A stretch of 31,626 bases of DNA from positions 1 through 31,626 of the IMG/VR virus record IMGVR_UViG_3300046063_000017; one strand, written 5' to 3'. A program made the position numbers and the translations under genes. Every line of letters begins with the position of its first letter. Positions within the stretch are counted from its first letter, which is position 1. Source of the DNA: a virus (lineage: Duplodnaviria > Caudoviricetes). The notes under the pieces are model-generated. The model was not told the origin of the DNA. It worked only from the letters and a program-made list of their open reading frames with translations, and ran no database searches. Below are positions 24,437-31,626 of this stretch, piece by piece.

Positions 24437-26512
24437 TCAGAACTCTCCGCGCCACCGAGTCGTCGCCAGCACCTTGTCCTTCATCTTGCTTGCCAGCCGT
24501 TCCGCCTGATCCTCCCCGTGCTCATCAGACAGGTCAGCGACCGCCGACCCCCACGTCCCCCCGATTGACGACCACCACTGTAACAGGGTCTCCCGGTCCC
24601 ATCCGTTGGGGAGGTCTCCGTCAGGAGTTTCGTTGATCCGGGGCGTGATCTGATACTCCATTGCGTCGGTCTCGGGAGACGGATCATACGCGGACTCTGT
24701 GAGCCCGGCACCGCGGTATGCAGCCGATCCGCCATCGGCAAGCGCGACGACATAGGCAGGAGTCCCCGTCGTTGCAGTCACCTTTCGCTTGTCGCCGTCC
24801 GGGGTCGGGAACGCAAACTCCTCGGTGAGCGTCGCGGTCACGACACCGAGCCCACTCCCTTTCACCTGAACCACATCTCCTGGCTCATGAAGCGGTTTTT
24901 CGTCTTGGATATAGTCAACGAGGTCCGACCGGTTCACATCCGAGGAGACGCCAATGTCGTCGTTCACGTCGCCGCCAGTCCGTTCGACCGCGGTTGCATC
25001 TTCACCCCGCTCCTCGGGGACTGATCCAGTCTCGTCGCCGAGGGCGCTCCCGATCTCCTCCTGTGAGAATCCAAGACGCTTGTAAACCAACTCGGTCGGC
25101 GCACCCAACGTGACCGCGTCCTCTGCTTGTTTGAACGCAGACGCCTCAGTCTGATGGAGGTCGGCCTTGTCTTGGCGGTCGAGTTGATACAGAGACGGCC
25201 AATCAACACTGTATTCTCCCTTCTTCGGTGGTGCAATTACACCGTACTTTTCGAGAAGGTCAATCGCCCGGCGAATGATAACGCTCGTGACGAACTGCGT
25301 CTGGCGTTCTTGGACCTGTGCGACCCAGTTAGCGGTGTCTTGGGACGACGCAAGATCTCCACGTTCCGATCCAAGAAGAATCCGTTTCGGAATCCCGACC
25401 ACCGAGACAATGTGCTCGATAATCTTGTCGATGATCCCCGATGGATCGACGGCCTGTCCGTCGATCACTTCGAGATCCATATTCCTCCCGTAAGCGGTGG
25501 TTCGCATCCCGTTCACCATCTCGTACATCTGCTCGTCGAATCGCTGTACGTCGCTTTGGTCGACGCCAGCTCCCTCAGCAGACGCGAAGAACTTGCGATC
25601 GGCGGATCCCCAATACATCTCCGCCGCCGCGCCCACTACTTTGTCGAGATCGACGAGCCGATTGAGAATCGGATACAGAACCGGTGTATGCTTGAGCACC
25701 GAGCTTTCGGGTTGTTCAGTCAGGTGGAGCACCCGACTGTGGTGTACCACTCGCTCGTCGTAATCCGAACTGTCTGCGTCGGCTTCGGGTTGGTCGAAGC
25801 GGATCTCATAGGTCTTGGGTAGCCCCGGTTCCCGAGAGTCTGACCCCGGTTGGGCGAGCTCCCAATCCGTCACGTCCACCTGCGAGAAAACCTCGATATA
25901 TTGGAGATCTTCAGGCCCGTTGATCTCCTCTGCATCTACGGGCTGAGAAATCCGTTTCCCATCGTCGAAGCCGAAGAAGATCAGACCATACTCGCCAACA
26001 CGCTGGAGTCTGTCTGCCCACTCACAATAATTAAAGAAGTCGCGCTGAAGATGAACGCCATCCAAAAGAGTTTTTATATCCTTCTCGAAGTCCGTCTGAT
26101 CGTCCGTCTCCGGCGTGTCCGTTATGCTCGGGGGTTCACGCCACGTCGCTTCTACTGGTTCCGTGATGATTGCCCGTGCGATATCCTGACGCTTGTACCT
26201 CTGATACAGGTCGTGAGCGTCAATATTCTCGTTCTCTGGGTACCCAAGCGTGCTCCAGATATCCCGATCCCCGTCATGAGAGATCCCGGGGCCGCCCATG
26301 GTCCGTCGCTGTGACTTGGCCTCTGCCAGCGACATGGCCTCGTTCACGAACAGCCCGACCTCGGCCGCCTGATCGTCGTTGACCTCCGGTGGAGACTGAC
26401 CGTTTGAGGCGGCCTGCATGGCCAAGAAACCCCGACCCGCCTCTGCATACTGGTCGTAGTCGCGAGAGGCCCGAAACTCGTCGGGGATCGTCTCAGAGGT
26501 GTCTGCGTTCAT
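24437..26512 (-). CDS. Portal protein (DUF1073-type) with C-terminal extension
   Basis: LGYP, YKRQDIARAII..PVEATW, VHHSRVLH, GIPKRILLGSERGDLASSQD..NW and WPSL; follows terL. ATG at 26512. Confidence 0.88.
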   Translation of the reverse strand: MNADTSETIPDEFRASRDYDQYAEAGRGFLAMQAASNGQSPPEVNDDQAAEVGLFVNEAMSLAEAKSQRRTMGGPGISHDGDRDIWSTLGYPENENIDAHDLYQRYKRQDIARAIITEPVEATWREPPSITDTPETDDQTDFEKDIKTLLDGVHLQRDFFNYCEWADRLQRVGEYGLIFFGFDDGKRISQPVDAEEINGPEDLQYIEVFSQVDVTDWELAQPGSDSREPGLPKTYEIRFDQPEADADSSDYDERVVHHSRVLHLTEQPESSVLKHTPVLYPILNRLVDLDKVVGAAAEMYWGSADRKFFASAEGAGVDQSDVQRFDEQMYEMVNGMRTTAYGRNMDLEVIDGQAVDPSGIIDKIIEHIVSVVGIPKRILLGSERGDLASSQDTANWVAQVQERQTQFVTSVIIRRAIDLLEKYGVIAPPKKGEYSVDWPSLYQLDRQDKADLHQTEASAFKQAEDAVTLGAPTELVYKRLGFSQEEIGSALGDETGSVPEERGEDATAVERTGGDVNDDIGVSSDVNRSDLVDYIQDEKPLHEPGDVVQVKGSGLGVVTATLTEEFAFPTPDGDKRKVTATTGTPAYVVALADGGSAAYRGAGLTESAYDPSPETDAMEYQITPRINETPDGDLPNGWDRETLLQWWSSIGGTWGSAVADLSDEHGEDQAERLASKMKDKVLATTRWRGEF

Positions 26513-26519
26513 GGGTAGC

Positions 26520-28055
26520 TCACCAAGGGTTCGTCTCGAACATTCCCGATGACTGCCGACCAGCCGCTTTCGGGTTGTCCATCTCCATCGCCCATACTGC
26601 CATCGACGCTGCATCCAGCAGGTCCGGCGACCGTCCGAGGCGGTCTCTTACTCCGGACTTCGTAGTCCGGAGCACTACATCCCCGCGGACAGATCGTTCG
26701 GTGAATTCCATTGCTCTCCCTGCCGCGTACAGTTCCTCCAACAGCCGGTCGTTATGCACCACGCCGCCATCTCGAAGGAACTGACCGAGCAGATCGTATG
26801 CCTCAGTCTTCTTGTCGTAGTATTCAGACCTCTGAAGCGCATTCGACGACGCCTTGAAGCGGAACGCGTTCGGATACTCCAGGTCTGCATCGTCAGCAGG
26901 TCCAGATCCCTCTCCGATGGCGTCGATCGCCAGGTGACCTTTCAACGGGGCCGCGTCCATCGTTTGGTCAATCAGACGCCGGTTCTCGTAATGGCGGTTG
27001 AACTGCTCGGTCGCAAAGACCACGAGGTGATTTCCCCGTACCTCTATCACCGTCGTTCTGTCCCCGCCCTGATGGCCAATGTCGATGCCAATTCCCTTCC
27101 GGACTAGCGGGATCTCATCTTTCGTGAGCGGCTCCTCGTCGTCTTCCGTAACCGTCGCGGCTGCCTCGTCGACGTGTTCGGGGTAAATCGGTCGGTGAAT
27201 CGTCCCGTCCGATGGGGGAATCTCCCCAAGACGTCTTCTGAACCACCGCGAATCGAGCGCGGGATCTCGACTGTCTCGGGCTTCCTCGAACCCGGGCCAC
27301 TCTTTCTGGTTCCACGACCGCCAGTTCTGCTTTATCTTCTCGAGGTTAACCAGTCCGGGGATTCGGTCTTTGTCTTGGTAGCCTTCGATCTCTGCATCGA
27401 TCTTGACGTTCCGACTCTCGAACGACGAGAACTGGACGACGTGCCAGTCGTCCTTCTGCATCAGATCGTAAACAATGTTCGACTCGTCTTTCGGCGGATT
27501 GGCGATAACAACCATCCGGTCCCGGTCGTCCGTAATCGTGGACTCTGCCGAGTCGATGTGTTCCTGCGTGATCGAGGGTTTGTCGGCCTCCTCGACCACA
27601 TACATCATATAGTCGTTGTGACGGCCCTCCAGATCGTCCGGGTTCCGCGGCGAAATCGCCTTCAGGTACCACTCGTCGTCAAGCTCCGTCAGAAGTTGGG
27701 GAGGACTCTCTAGCCGACGCCCTGGTAGACCGTACTCCTGTTTCGCGTGCTTGTGAAGTCCCTTCAGCGGCCGCCAGATCGTGTCTTCCAAAACCGAGTA
27801 CGATCCGGACGTGATGTTTACCGTCGAGTTGGGGTTACAGAACAGGAATCCCCCAGAGATCGACGAAACGCCGTAGGACTTCCCGACACCGTTTCCCGAG
27901 ACGATCAGTACCTTCCGATGGTTCGCTACCGCCCGATGGATTCGCTCCTGTGTCTCGCTGAGATCAAGACCAAAGATGTCTTCCGAGAACCGGATATACC
28001 GGTCTTCCCCAGCTCCGGGAGCATAGGGCGCGAGAGAGGGAGCGTCCGCTGCCAT
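26520..28055 (-). CDS. terL: Terminase large subunit
   Basis: Walker A SGNGVGKS, Walker B YVVEEAD, coupling motif IANP, nuclease GIDIG..GGDRT, IDAIGEG and SPDLLDA. Confidence 0.92.
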   Translation of the reverse strand: MAADAPSLAPYAPGAGEDRYIRFSEDIFGLDLSETQERIHRAVANHRKVLIVSGNGVGKSYGVSSISGGFLFCNPNSTVNITSGSYSVLEDTIWRPLKGLHKHAKQEYGLPGRRLESPPQLLTELDDEWYLKAISPRNPDDLEGRHNDYMMYVVEEADKPSITQEHIDSAESTITDDRDRMVVIANPPKDESNIVYDLMQKDDWHVVQFSSFESRNVKIDAEIEGYQDKDRIPGLVNLEKIKQNWRSWNQKEWPGFEEARDSRDPALDSRWFRRRLGEIPPSDGTIHRPIYPEHVDEAAATVTEDDEEPLTKDEIPLVRKGIGIDIGHQGGDRTTVIEVRGNHLVVFATEQFNRHYENRRLIDQTMDAAPLKGHLAIDAIGEGSGPADDADLEYPNAFRFKASSNALQRSEYYDKKTEAYDLLGQFLRDGGVVHNDRLLEELYAAGRAMEFTERSVRGDVVLRTTKSGVRDRLGRSPDLLDAASMAVWAMEMDNPKAAGRQSSGMFETNPW

Positions 28056-28085
28056 ATCTGTGTATGAAAACCGCTTCGGGGGTCG

Positions 28086-28613
28086 CTACTCGTACAGTTC
28101 TTCGACGCTGTCGTCGCCGGGATCGTTCCCGTCGTCGTCTTCGTCCATGTTGTGTTCGACCGCCGCTTCCAACCCGTCCTTCCACGTCATCTCGACCTCC
28201 TCTGGTTCTTCGTCGGTCAGACCAAGAGACTGGGAAAGCTCCACGTCAGTCTCAATGGCACGGTCGATCTGCCGGCGGACCTTGAGTTCCATCTCGAGGT
28301 TGCCTTCTTCGCGAGCTTTCCGGGCGAGTTGCTGGAGATTCTGCCGGTTCTGACGCTGTTCCCGAAGCCGCGAAACACCGGATTCGAGGCTCGAAGCGTC
28401 GAGTTTCGGGAGCCAATCGTCCATCCGGCTAATATCCGTCTCGATAGCCGACTCCGTCGCGTCGTACTTCTTGGCAATCGCCTGTACGACGTTCCGGTAG
28501 GACTGCCCATGGACTACTAGCCGCTGCCAGGTCTCTTCTCTACGGCTGACAAGTTCAGCATCCATGTCAGTCGGGCCGCTCTGTTCCTCGGTGTTCGTAT
28601 CGTCAGTAGCCAT
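28086..28613 (-). CDS. Terminase small subunit (HTH plus coiled coil)
   Basis: HTH-like IAKKYDATESAIETDI, coiled coil and QSLGL; directly upstream of terL. Confidence 0.7.
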   Translation of the reverse strand: MATDDTNTEEQSGPTDMDAELVSRREETWQRLVVHGQSYRNVVQAIAKKYDATESAIETDISRMDDWLPKLDASSLESGVSRLREQRQNRQNLQQLARKAREEGNLEMELKVRRQIDRAIETDVELSQSLGLTDEEPEEVEMTWKDGLEAAVEHNMDEDDDGNDPGDDSVEELYE

Positions 28614-28616
28614 GAT

Positions 28617-28636
28617 AGAGAGAGAGAGAGAGAGAG
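28617..28636. repeat. (AG)10 / (CT)10 microsatellite immediately upstream of the small terminase ATG
   Basis: agagagagagagagagagag, 3 nt before the start codon on the minus strand. Confidence 0.9.
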
Positions 28637-28643
28637 AAAGAAC

Positions 28644-29414
28644 TCAGTTGAGCGTCTCGTCAGAGTGGTACTGCACGAACCGCTTCCACTGACGTAGGTT
28701 GTGTTCGTCGATCTCGTCCGGATCGACCATCCGGTGATCGTCCGGCCGATAGTAGTCCTGCATCTCCTGTCCGTCGAACACGACCATTTTCCCGTTCAGA
28801 CTCCCGTTGAACAGCCACGACGTGCTGTCAGAGGAGTCGAAACCATACTGTTCCGGGTCTTCCAACGGAGTGAACCCGAGCGCGTGGACCTTACAGTCGT
28901 GTTCGTGCGCCTTCTCCGTGAACCACGGGAGAACTTTGAACTCGCCACTCGTGATCTCGCCGCCAGCGATCCCCCCGATGGCGACGTAATCATAGTCGCG
29001 GACGAGATCAAGCCATGCGTCCTTCCCGCGGTTCTTGTGCCAGACAGGGATGCAGTCCTTCCCCGTCCCCCGCTCCAGTCGGTTTCGGAGTTCGTGTACG
29101 CGCCCGAGACCGACCAACGAGTCGATGTCCAACTCGAAGAAGTAATCGAAGTCGTGCCGATTGATGAACTGGACGTAGTCGTCGACGTAGTCGTCCCAGT
29201 CGATATCTTCGGACCCACTGGCGTCCTGCATGAAGGTGAACGCCCCTGAGTCAAGCATGAACTGCTTGCAGTGATCCGACTTCGCGTACGCGACCTGCCA
29301 GTCCTCGATGTACTCGAACGATTCGAGCACGTACGGGAACTTGTGCTCGTAGAACGACTCCGCCTTTGTGTCCGTCCCGGCAACGTGAATCCGGAGGCCG
29401 TTCCACCCGGACAT
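28644..29414 (-). CDS. DpdA/TGT-like transglycosylase (7-deazaguanine insertion into DNA)
   Basis: MLDSGAFT, ELDID, IPVWH, YVAIGGIA, VHALG and FDSSDSTSW are TGT-barrel motifs; adjacent to que genes. Confidence 0.75.
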   Translation of the reverse strand: MSGWNGLRIHVAGTDTKAESFYEHKFPYVLESFEYIEDWQVAYAKSDHCKQFMLDSGAFTFMQDASGSEDIDWDDYVDDYVQFINRHDFDYFFELDIDSLVGLGRVHELRNRLERGTGKDCIPVWHKNRGKDAWLDLVRDYDYVAIGGIAGGEITSGEFKVLPWFTEKAHEHDCKVHALGFTPLEDPEQYGFDSSDSTSWLFNGSLNGKMVVFDGQEMQDYYRPDDHRMVDPDEIDEHNLRQWKRFVQYHSDETLN

Positions 29415-29419
29415 AGGAG

Positions 29420-30019
29420 CTATTCGATCTCGTGCTCGACGGTGAACTCCGTCTCACACTCCGGGCACTCGACGGCTATCTCGACGGTCTCCGTCTGTGT
29501 GTCGTCTCCGGTATCCTCGTCGTCTTCGTCGATCTCGTCGTCCTCCTCGAAGAAATCATCCAGACTAAACTCCGAGGTCTCCATCACGGCATCGACTTCG
29601 TCCTCCTCGAAGGCCGTGTCTTCGACCTCAAAGTCGTCTTGACGGTCGAGATCCTCGAATTCGACCGCCAGCGTATCCATGTCCCAGCCCGACTCCATGC
29701 TGGTCTTGTTGTCCGCGATCCGTGCGCCCTTGATCTCGGCCTCGTCCAGATCCGGTCGCGGGAGGACAGGAACCTCGTCCAACCCGAGACGCTTGAGGGC
29801 CTTGAACCGGCCGTGGCCCTTGATGATCTCACCGTCGCCATCGACTACGATCGGTTGATCCATCCCGTAGTTCTTAATCGACGACTGGATCTTTTCGATC
29901 TGCTCCTCCGGGTGCTCCTTCGGATTGTTGACGTACGGATGAACGTCGTCAGTCGACCAGATCTCGATCGTGTCTGCAACGGCCTTGGGGACCACGTCAC
30001 CGACGGTCAGCTCACTCAT
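29420..30019 (-). CDS. ParB-like N-terminal domain protein with C-terminal Zn ribbon
   Basis: PYVNNPKEH, SIKNYG..QPIVVD...IIKGHGR..A, RIADNK and CPECETEF. Confidence 0.85.
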   Translation of the reverse strand: MSELTVGDVVPKAVADTIEIWSTDDVHPYVNNPKEHPEEQIEKIQSSIKNYGMDQPIVVDGDGEIIKGHGRFKALKRLGLDEVPVLPRPDLDEAEIKGARIADNKTSMESGWDMDTLAVEFEDLDRQDDFEVEDTAFEEDEVDAVMETSEFSLDDFFEEDDEIDEDDEDTGDDTQTETVEIAVECPECETEFTVEHEIE

Positions 30020-30677
30020 CCGCCGACACCCCCTTCACCAGATCGAAAAACTCCTCTCGGAGCGCAGGATCCTCACGGGCCTTGCCCCGGAGGGCGCTGG
30101 TCCGAGTCATGGCATTGGGCTCCTGAACCCCCCGGAGCGCCATGCACTCATGCTCGGCCTCCAGGCAGACGATCACTGCCTGTGGATCGAGTTCTTCGTC
30201 GACAGCATCCGCGATCTGTGTAGTGAGCCGTTCCTGAACCTGTGGACGGCGAGCGTAGTCGTCGACTACGCGGGAGAACTTCGACAGCCCCACGATCTCG
30301 TCGCCGGGGACGTATCCGATGTGGGCCTGCCCTCGGAACGGGAGGAAGTGATGGGCACACATCGACGCAACATCGATCCCATCGACGATCACCATCTCGT
30401 GACTCCCGTCCGAGTCGAAAGTCGTCTCTAGATGGCGTCGAGGATCAACCCACAGTCCCGCGAACAGTTCTTCGACACGGGACTCCGCAACACGCCGCGG
30501 CGTCTCGTCGAGGTGTTCAGAGTCGCCGTTGAGGTTGAGTGCCTCGATAAAGTCCACGAACGCCGACTTGACCGGTTCTAGATCGGGCGTGCAATCCGTC
30601 TGTTTGGCCTCTGACGGCAAATCCGTGGGTGCGGTTGTTCCGTTCGGTTCGGGTGTAGGAGATGAGTTTTGATTCAT
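30012..30677 (-). CDS. folE: GTP cyclohydrolase I
   Basis: ETPRRVA, SMCAHHFLPF.G.AHIGY.P, GLSKFSR, RRPQVQERLT.QIA and HECMALRGV. Confidence 0.95.
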   Translation of the reverse strand: MNQNSSPTPEPNGTTAPTDLPSEAKQTDCTPDLEPVKSAFVDFIEALNLNGDSEHLDETPRRVAESRVEELFAGLWVDPRRHLETTFDSDGSHEMVIVDGIDVASMCAHHFLPFRGQAHIGYVPGDEIVGLSKFSRVVDDYARRPQVQERLTTQIADAVDEELDPQAVIVCLEAEHECMALRGVQEPNAMTRTSALRGKAREDPALREEFFDLVKGVSADE

Positions 30678-30707
30678 AGAGATTCCAACAAATAAACGCG
30701 AGATCCG

Positions 30708-31463
30708 CTATACCCCGGTCGCCTCGTCGTAGCCACTAACTTGCAGACGAGGAGAGAACTGGTATCCGTGCTCTTGGCACAGATCCATAACCTCGGGGTA
30801 ATTGTCAAGCAGATCGTCTCGGGACGCACCGGCCGGCATCAGCATAATATCCGACGGAGCGATCCCGAAACGCCGGGCGAGATCCTTAATCTCGTCTATG
30901 TCTTGGTCCCGGGAGACAACGAATTTGAACGTCGCTCGGGGGTCGGCCGCGAACCGGTTGATCGGTTCGGGGACGATCCGGCGTGACTCCGCCATCCCCG
31001 AGTTGGACAGTTTGACGCTGACGTTGTAGTGGTTGACGTAGTCGTCGAACGGAGTCTTGGGGCTGATCGTCCCGTTGGTCTCCACCTCAACGGAGATCCG
31101 CTCGTGTTCTTTGAGCAGCCTCCCGAGTTTGTCTTGGTGGAGCATCGGCTCTCCCCCCGTGAGGATCAGGTTCGCCGTCCCGTCGTTAAGCGACCCGAGA
31201 TGTCCATTCCGGACCCATTCATCGATCAGGTCCGTGGCGTTGACCGGTTCGGGATTCCGATATGTCTCTATCGTATCGCACAACCACGTGGCGTCGTCCT
31301 CGGTCTCCATCTCCTCTTGGGGATGATCCGGGTCATCCGGGTTACCGCACTTGAGATTGCAGTATCCGAGACGAAGGAACAACGCTGGTTTCCCGGCGGT
31401 CGGTCCCTCGCCCTGGATCGACATGAACTGCTCCGCAACCGGGAGCGTTATGTCGGGATTCAT
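30708..31463 (-). CDS. queE: 7-carboxy-7-deazaguanine synthase (radical SAM)
   Basis: FMSIQGEG, FLRLGYCNLKC...WLCDT (expanded CxxxC...C), LTGGEP, VETNGT and SPRLQ. Confidence 0.92.
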   Translation of the reverse strand: MNPDITLPVAEQFMSIQGEGPTAGKPALFLRLGYCNLKCGNPDDPDHPQEEMETEDDATWLCDTIETYRNPEPVNATDLIDEWVRNGHLGSLNDGTANLILTGGEPMLHQDKLGRLLKEHERISVEVETNGTISPKTPFDDYVNHYNVSVKLSNSGMAESRRIVPEPINRFAADPRATFKFVVSRDQDIDEIKDLARRFGIAPSDIMLMPAGASRDDLLDNYPEVMDLCQEHGYQFSPRLQVSGYDEATGV

Positions 31464-31470
31464 CCGTCCA

Positions 31471-31626
31471 TCATATGTCTGAATGGTGTCTTGACGTGGA
31501 GACTGAGTACGAAGACGTCTCGTGAAGCCTGATCTTGAGACTCTTGATCGGCAGTCGATCCATCAGCACGTCCGCAACGTATTCCACCGTGTTCTCGCAA
31601 GTGGGGTCGCCGGAGAGTACGACCGT
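31471..31626 (-). CDS. queD: 3' end of 6-carboxytetrahydropterin synthase (partial; not in the ORF track)
   Basis: Minus frame reads TVVLSGDPTCENTVEYVADVLMDRLPIKSLKIRLHETSSYSVS...*, with the PTxEN and ET motifs of QueD; upstream of queE. Confidence 0.75.
   Translation of the reverse strand, partial: TVVLSGDPTCENTVEYVADVLMDRLPIKSLKIRLHETSSYSVSTSRHHSDI

Larger units (their letters stand above)
22269..24437. repeat. Perfect 15-bp inverted repeat flanking a 2.1-kb cassette
   Basis: ACGACACTACCGATG (22269-22283) and its reverse complement CATCGGTAGTGTCGT (24423-24437). Confidence 0.9.

Noticed and set aside
24387-24439. Stop-codon readthrough or pseudoknot fusing portal to protease
   Set aside because: A second in-frame TGA follows four codons later. 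The 9-bp hairpin (24395-24420) is real, but the 3-nt linker is too short for the GCCCC/GGGGC pseudoknot.

Overview
Late (virion) gene region of a haloarchaeal contractile-tailed virus or provirus (GC-rich DNA, very acidic proteins), almost all on the minus strand. Reading from the right end: a 7-deazaguanine DNA-modification cluster (queD 3' end, queE, folE, ParB-like, DpdA/TGT-like), small and large terminase, a portal with a C-terminal extension, an accessory cassette (trypsin-like protease fused to an HTH, plus two small ORFs), prohead protease/scaffold, decoration protein, major capsid protein, neck genes, sheath, tube, tail chaperone(s) with a probable -1 frameshift, tape measure, baseplate genes and a GH16 glycosidase. 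At the left edge is the right end of an IS200/IS605 (tnpB) element. The most unusual signal is non-coding. Three long intergenic gaps (14.10-14.46, 21.84-22.29 and 22.63-22.88 kb) are densely base-paired. Two of them contain tRNA-mimic elements (7-bp acceptor stem plus T-arm, no canonical anticodon arm) directly upstream of the capsid and sheath/tube gene blocks. A perfect 15-bp inverted repeat brackets the 2.1-kb accessory cassette. Together these suggest an undescribed RNA-structure-based system for processing or regulating the late transcript. All family assignments come from motifs read by eye; no database search was run.
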